The notes below the pieces were generated by a model. It was not told the origin of the DNA, did not search any database, and saw only the letters and a list, made by a program, of their open reading frames with translations. From Anaerolineae bacterium (lineage in GTDB: Bacteria > Chloroflexota > Anaerolineae > J102), in the NCBI GenBank assembly GCA_026991225.1, contig JALXCB010000046.1, positions 5,147 through 69,146 on the forward strand: 64,000 nt of DNA, in the 5' to 3' direction. Shown here piece by piece: positions 18,373 through 28,769 of this stretch. Numbering within the stretch: position 1 is the stretch's first letter; every line of letters begins with the position of its first letter. Both the position numbers and the translations under genes were made by a program.

Positions 18373-19158
18373 CTAAAGACTGACCGCCGGCTCTCCGAAC
18401 CAATCTCTCAATGCTGCGACCAGTCCTGGCGTGGTGTATTCTTCGGGCATGATGTCCACAGTCAGGCCCGCTTGCCGGGCTGCGTCCGCGGTGACGGGCC
18501 CGATGCAGGCGATGACCGCCCCGGCCAGGGCCTCTACGCCCAGGCCCGCCTCTCGCTCCAGGCGAATGAGGGTGTTGCGTACAGTGGAGGGACTGGTGAA
18601 TGTGATGGCGTCCACCAGTCCCGAGTGCAGAGCCGCGGGCAGATCCTCGCCCCCGCTCCCCAGCACGGTCTCATAGGCTGTGACCACGTCCACCCGCACA
18701 CCCCGGGCCCGCAGGCCGTCGGGCAGCACGTCCCGAGCCTGGGCGGCCCGCGGGAGCAGCACCCGCTGGCCCGCGGGAATGGGCAGCGCGGCCAGCAGAC
18801 TCTCCCCCACCGCTTTGGGCGGGATCAGGTCCACGTCCAGCCCCAGACGACGTTCGACGGCCCAGGCGGTGGCCGGGCCCACCGCGGCGATGTTCGGGCC
18901 GTGCAGCGCGTTTGGGGGCAATCCCAGCGCATCCAGGCGTCGGGCCACGGCCTCCACCGCATTGGCGCTGGTGAAGAGGAACCAGTCGTAGTCGCGGGCG
19001 TGGCGCAGGGCCACGTCCAGCGGGCCGGCGTCCGCGGGCGGTTGGATGGCGATGGCGGGATAAAGCAGGGTGCGGAAGCCTGCGGCCTCCAGCAGGGCCT
19101 TCAGTTCGTCCGCCTGGTGCGCGGTTCGGGTGATGACGATGGTGGGAGAAAAAGTCAT
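18373..19158 (-). CDS. hemD: Uroporphyrinogen-III synthase
   Basis: About 262 aa from the ATG at 19156-19158 ([28 protein letters not shown]...). HemD-like two-domain pattern. The listed longer ORF has an N-terminal extension without an SD. Confidence 0.7.
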   Translation of the reverse strand: MTFSPTIVITRTAHQADELKALLEAAGFRTLLYPAIAIQPPADAGPLDVALRHARDYDWFLFTSANAVEAVARRLDALGLPPNALHGPNIAAVGPATAWAVERRLGLDVDLIPPKAVGESLLAALPIPAGQRVLLPRAAQARDVLPDGLRARGVRVDVVTAYETVLGSGGEDLPAALHSGLVDAITFTSPSTVRNTLIRLEREAGLGVEALAGAVIACIGPVTADAARQAGLTVDIMPEEYTTPGLVAALRDWFGEPAVSL

Positions 19159-19237
19159 GGTGAATGGTGAGAGATGATTTGACGGTCTCATGTCCATTAT
19201 GTTAGGATCAATGCAATCATTGTTCAGGAGATGCGCT

Positions 19238-19474
19238 ATGGCAGTTGAAGTCAAAACCGTCGAGATCCGAGACGCCAAAAAAGAGTTCCAGCGATGGCTC
19301 GCACTGGCGCAACAGGGCGTCGAGGTCATTGTCACCGATGAAGGCGAACCATTGGCTCGCATCTCAGCGGTTCGACCAAACGAGGGCCGCGTCGCTGGAC
19401 TGAACCGAGGTGAAATCAAAGCTGCCGAAGATTTCGATGAGCCGCTGCCAGAGTCCTATTGGATCGGGGAGTAA
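19238..19474 (+). CDS. Type II antitoxin (Phd/YefM/VapB-like)
   Basis: About 79 aa. MAVEVKTVEIRDAKKEFQRWLALAQQGVEVIVTDEGEPLARI... Stop TAA overlaps the ATG of the downstream PIN gene (GAGTAAATG). Confidence 0.6.
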   Translation: MAVEVKTVEIRDAKKEFQRWLALAQQGVEVIVTDEGEPLARISAVRPNEGRVAGLNRGEIKAAEDFDEPLPESYWIGE

Positions 19475-19876
19475 ATGCGCCTTCTGCTCGACACACACAT
19501 TTTTATCTGGTGGGCGGATGAGCCAGAACGTCTTGATGGACGGCTGCTCGACGCTCTGCTGAACGCTGAAAATGAATTGATTTTGAGTGTTGTCAGTCTT
19601 TGGGAAATGCAGATCAAAGCGCAATTGGGGAAATTAACGTTCCAAAGGCCGTTGAAGGAGCTCGTTCATTTACAACAAAGCGTCAACGGGTTGCAACTGC
19701 TTCCTGTAACGTCAAATCACGTGTTTTTGCTGGATGAACTGCCACTCATTCACAAGGATCCATTTGATCGGTTGATCATCGCTCAGGCGTTGGCGGAGAA
19801 TCTGATCCTCGTGAGTCACGATAGAGTATTCGAGGACTATCAGGTCCTCCTGTGGAAGCCCGATATGCAGGGATAA
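19475..19876 (+). CDS. vapC: PIN-domain ribonuclease toxin (VapC family)
   Basis: 133 aa. MRLLLDTHIFIWW...DPFDRLIIAQA...LVSHD carries PIN-domain acidic residues. Confidence 0.8.
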   Translation: MRLLLDTHIFIWWADEPERLDGRLLDALLNAENELILSVVSLWEMQIKAQLGKLTFQRPLKELVHLQQSVNGLQLLPVTSNHVFLLDELPLIHKDPFDRLIIAQALAENLILVSHDRVFEDYQVLLWKPDMQG

Positions 19877-19878
19877 AG

Positions 19879-20790
19879 TTAATCGGAAGTCGATAAGATT
19901 TCGACAGCGCCCTGGACAAGCGCCTCTTCCGCCAGGGCCCGGCCCAGCGCCAGGGGATCGTCGCCCGTCGCCTCCACGCGTAGCGTGCGGCGGCCATCGG
20001 GCGAGGCCACCAGCCCGGTGAGATGCAGGCCGGCATCGACAGGATGGGCGTATGCGGCCACGGGAATGGCGCAGCCGCCGCCCAATCCCGCCAGAAAGGC
20101 CCGCTCGGCCTGTGCGGCCGCCCGCGCGGCGGGATCTTCCACCGCGGCCAGCAGAGCCAGGGTGCGTTCATCGTCCGCCCGGCACTGCACGCCCAACACG
20201 CCCTGCCCCGGCGCAGGCAGCATGACGTCCAGGGGCAGATACTGCGTCACCGCGTCTTCCAGGCCCAACCGGGTGACCCCGGCCGCGGCCAGCACAATGG
20301 CGTCGTACTGGCCCTCCCGAGCCTTGCGGATGCGGGTGTCCACATTGCCGCGGATGGGTTTGACCGCCAGGTCGGGGCGATAGGCCAGCAGTTGGGCCTG
20401 ACGCCGGGGGCTGGAGGTGCCCACCACCGCGCCCGCGGGCAATGCATCCAGCGTGCGTCCCGCAGGGCAGATGAGCGCGTCTCGGGCGTCGGCCCGCGGG
20501 GGCGTGAGACCGATGGTGAGGCCGGGCGCATCCTCCACCGGCAGGTCTTTCAGGGAATGGACGGCCGCGTCCACCCGGCCCTCCCGCAAAGCCCGCTCCA
20601 GCTCTGCGGTGAAGAGCCCCTTGCCGCCGATGAGGGGCAGGGGCTTGTCCAGAATCCGGTCGCCTTGGGTGACGATGACCTGGATGTCGATGGTCAGGCC
20701 GGGATGCGCCGCCCGCAGCAGATCCGCGACGTAGTCGGTCTGCCAGCGGGCCAGTGCGGAGGGGCGGGTGGCGAAGGTGAGAGTGGGCAT
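19879..20790 (-). CDS. hemC: Hydroxymethylbilane synthase (porphobilinogen deaminase)
   Basis: Start at MPTLTFATRPSALARWQT... (ATG 20788-20790). ...GNVDTRIRK...QGVLGVQCRADDERTL... HemC motifs. Confidence 0.9.
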   Translation of the reverse strand: MPTLTFATRPSALARWQTDYVADLLRAAHPGLTIDIQVIVTQGDRILDKPLPLIGGKGLFTAELERALREGRVDAAVHSLKDLPVEDAPGLTIGLTPPRADARDALICPAGRTLDALPAGAVVGTSSPRRQAQLLAYRPDLAVKPIRGNVDTRIRKAREGQYDAIVLAAAGVTRLGLEDAVTQYLPLDVMLPAPGQGVLGVQCRADDERTLALLAAVEDPAARAAAQAERAFLAGLGGGCAIPVAAYAHPVDAGLHLTGLVASPDGRRTLRVEATGDDPLALGRALAEEALVQGAVEILSTSD

Positions 20791-20831
20791 GAGAGTGGAG
20801 ATTGGGATCAGGATAGGATGAGGGAACGTAG

Positions 20832-20972
20832 CCAGGTTGGCGCGGGAAGCCACTCCCGTAATGCGTGATGCGTAAGGAGCTCACGGATTACGCATTACGC
20901 ATCACGTCGGTTGCAGACTCGCCCACCGTGGGCTTCGAGTCATTTTTGCAAACCAACGCTATTTTCGGAGCA
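20832..20972 (-). repeat. Family A copy A2 (inverted orientation)
   Basis: Same modules in reverse complement. Its terminal CCGAAAATAGCGTTGG module supplies the hemA stop codon. Confidence 0.8.
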
Positions 20973-22224
20973 GATAGTCTTCCAGGGCGAAGAGGTCCTG
21001 AATGGCGCGGGCGTAGGGTTCGGCGTTGCCGCGGGCGGCCTGGGCCTTAAGCTGCAAGGTGGGTTCATGCAGGAGTTTGTTGACCAGCCGATGGGCGAGG
21101 CGGGTCATCTGATCGGCGACGATGGTATCATCGTGCGGAAGCTTGCGCAAGGCTTGTTCCAGCTCGGCCCGGGCCAGATCGTTGGCCTTGCGGCGCATGC
21201 CCACCAGCACCGGCAGCACTTGGCGGCTTCCCAGCCAGGCCATATAGCCATCCGCCGCCTCGGCGACCATGACTTCCACCTGAGGAATAGCGGCCTGCCG
21301 CTCCTCCAGGTTGTGCTGCACGATCTCCTGAATGTCATCCAGCACAAAAAGCTCCACGTGGGGAAGGCTCGCGACCGCGGGATCGATGGCGCGCGGCACG
21401 GAAAGATCCACCAGGATGAGAGGACGGGCCCGGCGGGGCGTCATGGCGGGCGTGATCAGGAAGCCGTCGCCCCCCGCGGCCACGATCACGGCGTCGGCCC
21501 AGCTCAGGCCATCTGGCAGTTGGCTGAGGGGGTGGGCAGTCGCCTGGACGCGGTCAGCCAGGGCCTGCGCCCGGGCCAGAGTGCGGTTGTAGATGCGGAT
21601 GCGGGCGTCGCTGAGCCCGGCCGCGTGCTTGGCCACCAGCGACCCCATCTCCCCCGCGCCCACGATGGCCAGACGCTTGCTCTGACTCAAGGCCGCATGA
21701 CCATCCACCCAGCGCATGACCACCGACCCGATGGAGACGGCGTTGCGGCTGATGGGGGTTTCGGTGCGGGCCCGCTTCCCCGTCTGAATGGCCGTGCGGA
21801 AGAGCTCGGCCAGTTGCGGGCCGATGGCGTGCACTTCCAGCCCCATCTCATAGGCATCCCGCACCTGGCCCAAAATCTGTGGTTCGCCCAGCACCATGGA
21901 ATCGAGCCCGCAGGCGACGCGGACCAGATGGTCGACGGCATCCCGCCCCTGCCAGACATACAGATAGCGTTGCAACTGGCTGGCGGAGAATCCCGTTCGG
22001 GCCTGGAAGAAGTCGCGGAGGAGGCCCATAGCCGCAGACGCGTCCGAGGCCGCCAGATACCACTCCGTACGATTGCAGGTGGAGAGGACGGCGGCCTCAT
22101 CGATGCTGGGGTGGGCCGTAAGTTGGATCAGGGCCTCTCGGGCAGCCTCGCCTTCGATGGCGAAGGCCTCGCGATGGGCCAGCGGCGTGGTGCGGTGGTT
22201 CAAGCCAAGGCAAAGGATCGTCAT
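20959..22224 (-). CDS. hemA: Glutamyl-tRNA reductase
   Basis: Start at MTILCLGLNHRTTPLAHREAFA... ...LSTCNRTEWY... catalytic Cys motif. NADPH-binding GAGEMG. Stop codon lies in the terminal module of an A-family repeat. Confidence 0.9.
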   Translation of the reverse strand: MTILCLGLNHRTTPLAHREAFAIEGEAAREALIQLTAHPSIDEAAVLSTCNRTEWYLAASDASAAMGLLRDFFQARTGFSASQLQRYLYVWQGRDAVDHLVRVACGLDSMVLGEPQILGQVRDAYEMGLEVHAIGPQLAELFRTAIQTGKRARTETPISRNAVSIGSVVMRWVDGHAALSQSKRLAIVGAGEMGSLVAKHAAGLSDARIRIYNRTLARAQALADRVQATAHPLSQLPDGLSWADAVIVAAGGDGFLITPAMTPRRARPLILVDLSVPRAIDPAVASLPHVELFVLDDIQEIVQHNLEERQAAIPQVEVMVAEAADGYMAWLGSRQVLPVLVGMRRKANDLARAELEQALRKLPHDDTIVADQMTRLAHRLVNKLLHEPTLQLKAQAARGNAEPYARAIQDLFALEDYLLRK

Positions 22225-22413
22225 AATCGACGCAGAAATCAGGAAGGGCGGTTCGGAATAGAAGTTAAGCAAACCTCATAATTTCTAAGTAAACCTTATC
22301 ACAGATTGCAATCGACGACCAAAAAATGTCTTCTCCAAAACCCCGAGAAAACAAAGAATGCGATGAATCCTACATTAAAAGTGGCTAAAAACCGAGGTGA
22401 AACACGCGCTCAA

Positions 22414-22441
22414 AGAAAAAGCCCGCCGAAAATCGGCGGGT
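22414..22441 (-). terminator. Rho-independent terminator downstream of the N-formylglutamate amidohydrolase gene
   Basis: Minus strand reads ACCCGCCGATTTTCGGCGGGC followed by TTTTTC. Confidence 0.6.
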
Positions 22442-22464
22442 GCTGAAGGAATGTGAGATTGGAA

Positions 22465-23349
22465 TCAAGAAGCACGGGACGCTTCTGCTGCCTCCTCCAA
22501 TCGCCAGTACAGGGCCTGGATGGCTTCCCAGACGGCCTCGCGCAGGGCTTCGATTTGTTCCATGTTGGGGGGCTGCGCGGGCGTGTCCTCATCCTGCCGC
22601 CCGACATACATGGCCCGGCTGACTTCGATCATGGCCCAGGGCTGCTGGCTCTCCATGCCATGCGCCTTCAGGTCCCAGCCGCCCCAATAGGGGCTGTTGA
22701 GCGCGACCGGGCCCGGCTCCGCCACCTCGCACAGCGAAGGGATGCGGTTCAGCCGCCGCCCCACTTCCTGCCCGAAGAATTGCAGATGGTCGGCGGGCAT
22801 GGTGGTGCGGGGGTAGCCGTTGCGCAGGTGGCCGCGGGCGTCGCCCAGGTTGGAGACGCAGCCGCGGGGGCGGATTTGTTGCGCCGGGTCGTATTTGCGG
22901 GGCCCGCGCGCGGCCATGCTGTGGGCGTCGATGACCAGCTTCACCTCCGGGTCGCGGGCGATGGCGGCCAGTTGTTCGTGCCAGGGATGCCAGTAGCGAT
23001 GCACCAGCTCCCGCTCTTCCGCCAAATCGGGATGCTGGCCGGGCTTGAAGATGGTCTGGCCGTAGCTGGTGACGTCTTTAATGACGCCATCGCCGATGCG
23101 CTTGAGCTGGCCGGGATCGTCGGGGCGATTGACGTCGATGAGGGCGCGGGCGTAGGGAAAGCGCACCCAGTGACGCACGCGGTCGCGGAAGTCGAAAATC
23201 AGGTCGGTGTAGACATCCGCTTCGTTGAAGATGTGATCTTCCCCGATGGCCAGCCGCCCCTCGAATTCGGGCGGGACAGCCAGCCCGGCGTGGGGAAGGA
23301 TGATGGCGATGGGGAGTTTGTCGTCTTGAATCGTCCGTGTTGCGCTCAT
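22465..23349 (-). CDS. N-formylglutamate amidohydrolase family protein (FGase)
   Basis: About 295 aa from the ATG at 23347-23349. ...PIAIILPHAGLAVPPEF...VIDAHSM... FGase-type motifs. Confidence 0.65.
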   Translation of the reverse strand: MSATRTIQDDKLPIAIILPHAGLAVPPEFEGRLAIGEDHIFNEADVYTDLIFDFRDRVRHWVRFPYARALIDVNRPDDPGQLKRIGDGVIKDVTSYGQTIFKPGQHPDLAEERELVHRYWHPWHEQLAAIARDPEVKLVIDAHSMAARGPRKYDPAQQIRPRGCVSNLGDARGHLRNGYPRTTMPADHLQFFGQEVGRRLNRIPSLCEVAEPGPVALNSPYWGGWDLKAHGMESQQPWAMIEVSRAMYVGRQDEDTPAQPPNMEQIEALREAVWEAIQALYWRLEEAAEASRAS

Positions 23350-23547
23350 GGTTCCATGCGACGCAAGGGGTGGGATATGAGAAAAGGTGCGACTTGACCG
23401 AAATGAGCTGGCATTCCGATAGGTCGCACCTGTTTTGTATACGAACAATCGAAGCCAATTGTTCCTCAACGTTCTTTTCAGGCGACACGGGCAGCAACCC
23501 GCCGTTACGGATGAAAACGCCCCGCGGCCGGGGCCGTGCAGGAAGCC

Positions 23548-23650
23548 AAGCACGTAATGCGTGATGCGTAACGATCTCACGTTTCACGTTTTCACGCATC
23601 ACGCCCGTTGCAGACTCGCCCAACCTTGGCTTTGCGAACCTTCAGCAACC
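23548..23650 (-). repeat. Family A copy A3 (inverted)
   Basis: GTAATGCGTGATGCGTAACGATCTCACG...CGCATCACGCCCGTTGCAGACTCGCCCAACCTTGG. Confidence 0.7.
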
Positions 23651-23666
23651 AGCGATCATTCGATTT

Positions 23667-24854
23667 TCATAGCAGCTCGATGGCCATAGCCACGGCCTCG
23701 CCGCCGCCCAGACAGAGCGCGGCCACGCCCCGCCGCCCGCCCGTCTGGCGCAGGGCGTAGATCAGGGTGGTGAGGACGCGGGCGCCGCTGGCTCCCAAAG
23801 GATGCCCCAGGGCGATGGCCCCGCCGTGGATATTGACCTTCTCCGGGTCTAGCCCCAGTTCGATGATGTTTTGCAGGGATTGGGCGGCGAAGGCTTCGTT
23901 CAGCTCGAACAGATCGACGTCGGCCAGGCTCCAGCCGATGCGGTCCATGAGGCGGCGGATGGCGTGGGGGGGCGCGGTGAAGACTTTGAGGGGCTCGACC
24001 GCGGCGTGGGTGTAGCCGATGATGCGGGCCAGGGGCGTCAGGCCATGGGCTTGAGCGTACTCGGGATGGGCGATAACCGTGGCGGCTGCGCCGTCGCTGA
24101 TAGGCGGCGCATTGCCCGCGGTGACCGTGCCCCCTTCCTCGAACGCGGGCCGCAGTCGAGCCAGGGCCTCCAGGCTCGTGTCCGGGCGGATGGGCTCATC
24201 CCGATCCACGACCACCTCCTTGCGCTTCTGTTTCACCGTGATGGGAACCATCTCATCTTTGAACAGCCCCTCCTCGGTGGCCCGAACCGCGCGCATGTGG
24301 CTCTGATAGGCGAACTGGTCCTGCATCTCGCGAGTGATGTTGAAAGTGCGGGCGATCCATTCCGCCTCGTTGCCCATGTGCAAGCCGTTGAAAGGATCGA
24401 TGAGGCCGTCATGCACGGTAGCGTCCAGCACCTCGCCATTGCCCAGGCGGTAGCCGAAGCGGGCTTTGGGCAGCATGTAGGGCCCCATGCTCATGGCCTC
24501 CATTCCCCCTGCCACATAGAGCCGACCATCGCCGGCGCGGATGGCGCTGGCCGCGAACATGACCGCGCGCAGGCCCGAACCGCACACCTTGTTCAGGGTG
24601 ACCGCGCCCACGCTCTCGGGCAGGCCGCCGAAGACGGCCGCCTGGCGGGCCGGGGCCTGGCCCGTGCCCGCGGGGATGACCTGCCCCATGAACACTTCCT
24701 CGACCTCGGCGGGATCAATGCCCGACCGTTCCACCACCGCCCGGATGACGTGCGCGCCCAGTTTGGGCGCAGGGATGTTGCTGAGCGCACCGCCCAACCG
24801 GCCGCCGGGCGTGCGGGCTGCGGCAAGGATGACAGGATAAATCGGTTGGTTCAT
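23667..24854 (-). CDS. Acetyl-CoA C-acetyltransferase (thiolase II)
   Basis: Start at [18 protein letters not shown]... Thiolase active-site regions (...NKVCGSGL..., ...[12 protein letters not shown]..., C-terminal ...[13 protein letters not shown]). Confidence 0.85.
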   Translation of the reverse strand: MNQPIYPVILAAARTPGGRLGGALSNIPAPKLGAHVIRAVVERSGIDPAEVEEVFMGQVIPAGTGQAPARQAAVFGGLPESVGAVTLNKVCGSGLRAVMFAASAIRAGDGRLYVAGGMEAMSMGPYMLPKARFGYRLGNGEVLDATVHDGLIDPFNGLHMGNEAEWIARTFNITREMQDQFAYQSHMRAVRATEEGLFKDEMVPITVKQKRKEVVVDRDEPIRPDTSLEALARLRPAFEEGGTVTAGNAPPISDGAAATVIAHPEYAQAHGLTPLARIIGYTHAAVEPLKVFTAPPHAIRRLMDRIGWSLADVDLFELNEAFAAQSLQNIIELGLDPEKVNIHGGAIALGHPLGASGARVLTTLIYALRQTGGRRGVAALCLGGGEAVAMAIELL

Positions 24855-24867
24855 GACAAGGCTCCTG

Positions 24868-25065
24868 TTCCGAAAATAGCGTTGCATTGGTTTACAAAAA
24901 TAACTCGAAGCCCCCGTTGGGCGGGTCTGCTACAGACGTGATGCGTAATCCGTAATCCGTGAGGTCATTACGCATCACCCATTACGCATTACGTAGCTGG
25001 CTTCCCGCGCCGCCCTGGCCGCGGGGCGTTTTCATCGGTATCGGCAAACGTCGCTCGCGGCGCAT
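24868..25065 (+). repeat. Family A copy A4 (fills the whole thiolase-to-pdp spacer)
   Basis: All three modules present. Confidence 0.8.
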
Positions 25066-25070
25066 GAAAT

Positions 25071-26378
25071 TCATTCAATCGTCTTTTTAATCAACGCGGG
25101 CGGCGTCACGGGTTCATCGCTCCAGGCGTAGGCGGTCAGAAGCTCTTCGGCCGCGGCCCGGGCCTCGGCTTCGGTGCGGGCGTGGATGTCGCAGAGGACG
25201 TCGCCCGCATCCACCCGGTCGCCGATCTTCGCCCGCAGGACGACGCCCACGCGATGGTCGATGAGATCGCCCTTCTTCTCGCGGCCGCCGCCCAGCTTCA
25301 CCGTGACTTCGCCGAATGTGCGAGCGCGCACCTGGCTGAGATAGCCCGATTGAGGGGACGTCAGGGGCAGGACCACGGGCGCGGCGGCCAGGATGGCGTC
25401 GGGATCGTCGGCCACGCGAGGATCGCCGCCCTGATAGGCCACGAACATTTGGAATTTGCGCAACGCCCGGCCGCTGGCCAGGGCCTCTTCCACGCGGGAT
25501 CGCCCCTCCTCCACGCTGTCCACTCGCCCGCACATCTGCAATAGATGCGCGGCCTCGGTGAGGATGAGTTCGGTGAAATCGGCCGGGCCTTCGCCCTTGA
25601 GGGTGGCGATCGCCTCCTTCACCTCCAGCGCATTGCCCACGGCCAGGCCCAAAGGCTGATTCATGTCGGTGACCCGGGCCGCGACCTTGCGCCCGGACAG
25701 CTTGCCGATGGCGACCATAAGCCGGGCCAGCTCCACCGCGTCCTCCAGTATCTCCATGAACGCGCCATTGCCGGTTTTTACGTCAAGCAAAATCACGTCC
25801 GCGCCCGCGGCCAGCTTCTTCGACATGATGGAGGAGGCGATGAGGGCCATGCTGGGCACGGTCGCGGTCACATCGCGCAGTGCGTAAAGCTTCTTGTCCG
25901 CGGGAGCCAGTTCCGCGGTCTGCCCGGCCACGACGATGCCGATGTCGGCCAGTTGCTTCTTGAATTCCTCAATGGTCAGCTCCGCCCGCCAGCCGGGGAT
26001 GGATTCCAGCTTGTCCAGGGTGCCGCCCGAGAAGCCCAGTCCCCGGCCCGACATCTTGCCGATGGGCTGGCCCGCGGCCGCGACGATGGGCGCCAGGGCC
26101 AGGGTCACCTTGTCGCCCACGCCGCCGGTGGAATGCTTGTCCGCCACGGGCCTGACCACGTCGCTCAGGTCGAGGGTCTCGCCCGAATGGGCCATGCTCA
26201 GGGTGAGGTCGGTGACCTCGCGGTCGGTCATACCTCGTAACAGCACGGCCATGGCCCAGGCCGCGGCCTGGTAGTCGGGAATCTCGCCCCGCGTGTACCC
26301 CTGGATGAAGAAATCGATCTCCTCGGTGGTCAATTCCAGACCGTCTCGTTTTTTGGCGATGATATCGACAGCGCGCAT
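25071..26378 (-). CDS. pdp: Pyrimidine-nucleoside (thymidine) phosphorylase
   Basis: About 435 aa from the ATG at 26376-26378. ...[20 protein letters not shown]... and ...[13 protein letters not shown]... glycosyltransferase-family-3 motifs. Confidence 0.85.
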   Translation of the reverse strand: MRAVDIIAKKRDGLELTTEEIDFFIQGYTRGEIPDYQAAAWAMAVLLRGMTDREVTDLTLSMAHSGETLDLSDVVRPVADKHSTGGVGDKVTLALAPIVAAAGQPIGKMSGRGLGFSGGTLDKLESIPGWRAELTIEEFKKQLADIGIVVAGQTAELAPADKKLYALRDVTATVPSMALIASSIMSKKLAAGADVILLDVKTGNGAFMEILEDAVELARLMVAIGKLSGRKVAARVTDMNQPLGLAVGNALEVKEAIATLKGEGPADFTELILTEAAHLLQMCGRVDSVEEGRSRVEEALASGRALRKFQMFVAYQGGDPRVADDPDAILAAAPVVLPLTSPQSGYLSQVRARTFGEVTVKLGGGREKKGDLIDHRVGVVLRAKIGDRVDAGDVLCDIHARTEAEARAAAEELLTAYAWSDEPVTPPALIKKTIE

Positions 26379-26404
26379 GGGAACTCCTGCTATGAAAATA
26401 GATT

Positions 26405-26562
26405 TGGAGGACGCAGATAACGCAGATTGAAACGGATGAACGCAGATGATAAAGAAAAAATCTGCGAAAATCATCTGCGAAAATCTGCATTGCGAAGCAT
26501 CCGTGTCATCTGCGCTCTCATTTTCATTGGTATTGGCGCGGGCTTGCCCGCCATCGGACTGC
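26405..26562. repeat. Family D copy D3
   Basis: GACGCAGATAACGCAGATTGAAACGGATGAACGCAGATGATAAAGAAAAAATCTGCGAAAATCATCTGCGAAAATCTGCATTGCGAAGCATCCGTGTCATCTGCGC. Confidence 0.75.
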
Positions 26563-26574
26563 TATAAAAATTGA

Positions 26575-26740
26575 TTTGGCAGACCGGGAAACCGGTAGAC
26601 CGGTAGACCAGTAAACCGGGTGGGGGAGCGAATCGGCCCGGTTTCCCTGGTTTCCTGGTTTACCGGGTTACGGGACTACGGGGCTACGCACCCCGCCATT
26701 TTCGTCCGTGTCGGCGAGCTTGCGCTTGGGCCGCCTGCGT
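26575..26740. repeat. Family B copy B2
   Basis: GACCGGGAAACCGGTAGACCGGTAGACCAGTAAACCGGG...CCCGGTTTCCCTGGTTTCCTGGTTTACCGGG + ACGCACCCCGCCATTTTCGTCC tail. Confidence 0.8.
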
Positions 26741-26900
26741 TGAAAATAACGTTGCGTTGGTTTGCAAAAAAGACTTGAAGCCCACGTTGGGCGAGCCTGC
26801 CACGGGCGTGATTCGTGAAGACGTGAAACGTGAGGGCTTTACGCATCACGCATCACGGTTCACGAATTCGGCTCCCCGCGCCAACGTGGCCGTTAACGTT
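26741..26900 (+). repeat. Family A copy A5
   Basis: GTTGAAAATAACGTTGCGTTGG...CCCACGTTGGGCGAGCCTGCCACGGGCGTGATTCGTGAAGACGTGAAACGTGAGG... Confidence 0.75.
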
Positions 26901-27027
26901 TTATTGCGTATTTGTCGCTCAAGTATACTGCAACCCGAGAGAAATCATAAAAACCGCGCCGCGCTTCAAGCGCAGACTTCGATTTGTAGATTCCCTCACA
27001 TTTGCATACAATAGGCGTCAATTCTCG

Positions 27028-27200
27028 TAACTACTAAGGTGTCGCCGCCACTTTTTGCCACGAAGACACGAAGAAAAGCGAAGGCGCGACGTATTTTTCT
27101 TTATTTTTCCTTCGTGTCTTCGAAAAACTTCGAGCCTTCGTGGCAAGACGTTTTCAGCGCCGAATCAGGCTGCCTGAGCAGTTACGCCGCCACCTTCCTC
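27028..27200 (+). repeat. Family C element, copy C1
   Basis: GTAACTACTAAGGTGTCGCCGCCACTTTTTGCCACGAAGACACGAAGAAAAGCGAAGGCGCGACGTATTTTTCTTTATTTTTCCTTCGTGTCTTCGAAAAACTTCGAGCCTTCGTGGC... is an imperfect long palindrome. Confidence 0.8.
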
Positions 27201-27224
27201 GCTCACAATCTTATAAGGTGACCC

Positions 27225-28769
27225 ATGCAGGATCATCTCGACAAACTCCGACAGCTCAAAGAAGAAGCGATGCAGGGGGGAGGAGAAGCCCGCATCGCCA
27301 GGCAGCACGCCGCGGGCAAGCTCACCGCGCGGGAGCGCATCCAGTTGCTGGTGGACGCGGGGAGTTTTCAGGAGTTGGGGATGTTCGTCAAGCACCAGAT
27401 CGGCGATTTCGGCATGGATCAGAAGCGCTATCCGGGAGATGGCGTGGTGACGGGCTTCGGGACCATCGACGGGCGTCAGGCCGCGGTCTACGCCCAGGAT
27501 TTCACCGTGCTGGGCGGGACGTTTTCGGAGATGCACGCCCGCAAGATCGTGGCCCTGCAGGACCTGGCTCTGGAAGCGGGCGTCCCCATCATCGGGTTGA
27601 TGGATTCGGGCGGGGCCCGCATTCAGGAGGGGATTCGCGGGCTGGCGGGCTATGGCGACATGTTCACACGCAACGTGCTCTCCTCGGGCGTCATCCCCCA
27701 GCTCTCGGTGATGATGGGCCCCTCGGCCGGGGGCTCCGTCTACGCACCGGCCCTGACCGACTTCGTGATCATGGTCAAAGACACCAGCTACATGTTCCTG
27801 ACCGGGCCCGACGTGGTGCAGGCTGTGACGGGCGAGACGGTCACCCCCGAGGAGCTGGGCGGGGCCATGGTGCACAATGTGCGCAGCGGGGTGGCTCATC
27901 TTTTGGCCGAAGATGAAGCGCACGCGTTGCGGATGGTGCGCCTGATCCTCAGCTATCTGCCCCAAAACAACACCGAGGACCCGCCCCACGCCCCCACCAA
28001 CGACCCGCCCGACCGTCAGGAGGAATCCCTGGCGCGCATCGTGCCCGCGGCTGAGGACCAGCCCTACGACGTGAAGGAGGTCATCCAGGCCGTGGTCGAT
28101 CTGGGCAGCTTCTTCGAGGTGCAGCCCTACTTCGCCCGTAACGCCGTGGTGGGCTTCGCCCGCATGGACGGGCATGTGGTCGGCATCGTCGCCAACCAGC
28201 CCTCCTTCCTGGCGGGCGTGCTAGACATCGACGCCAGCGATAAAATCGCACACTTCGTGCGGGTGTGCGACGCCTTCAACATCCCCATCCTCACCTTCGT
28301 GGACACGCCCGGATTCCTGCCCGGCGTCAACCAGGAGCACTACGGCGTCATCCGCCACGGGGCCAAGATCATCTACGCGTATGTCGAGGCCACCGTGCCC
28401 AAGATTTCCGTCATTCTACGCAAGGCCATGGGCGGCGCTTACATCGCCATGAGTTCCCGACGCATGCGCAGCGACCTGGCCCTGGCCTGGCCCACAGCCC
28501 AAGTCGCGGTCATGGGCGCGGAAGGCGCGGTGCGCATCCTCCATCGCAAGGACCTGGCGAAAGCGGAAGACCCGGCCCAACTGGAGGCCGAATTCGTGCA
28601 GGCGTATCGGGACGCCTTTTTCAACCCTTACATCGCCGCGGAGCTAGGCTTCATCGATGACGTCATCGACCCGCGCGAGACCCGGCCCAAGTTGATCAAG
28701 GCCCTGGCCTTTCTGCGCACGAAGGTGCAGCAAAACCCGCCCAAAAAGCATGGGTTGATGCCGGTATGA
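27225..28769 (+). CDS. Acyl-CoA carboxyltransferase subunit (methylmalonyl-CoA decarboxylase alpha / propionyl-CoA carboxylase beta-like)
   Basis: 514 aa. Carboxyltransferase N and C domains (...DGRQAAVYAQDFTVLGGTF..., ...PILTFVDTPGFLPG...). First gene of the decarboxylase operon. Confidence 0.85.
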   Translation: MQDHLDKLRQLKEEAMQGGGEARIARQHAAGKLTARERIQLLVDAGSFQELGMFVKHQIGDFGMDQKRYPGDGVVTGFGTIDGRQAAVYAQDFTVLGGTFSEMHARKIVALQDLALEAGVPIIGLMDSGGARIQEGIRGLAGYGDMFTRNVLSSGVIPQLSVMMGPSAGGSVYAPALTDFVIMVKDTSYMFLTGPDVVQAVTGETVTPEELGGAMVHNVRSGVAHLLAEDEAHALRMVRLILSYLPQNNTEDPPHAPTNDPPDRQEESLARIVPAAEDQPYDVKEVIQAVVDLGSFFEVQPYFARNAVVGFARMDGHVVGIVANQPSFLAGVLDIDASDKIAHFVRVCDAFNIPILTFVDTPGFLPGVNQEHYGVIRHGAKIIYAYVEATVPKISVILRKAMGGAYIAMSSRRMRSDLALAWPTAQVAVMGAEGAVRILHRKDLAKAEDPAQLEAEFVQAYRDAFFNPYIAAELGFIDDVIDPRETRPKLIKALAFLRTKVQQNPPKKHGLMPV

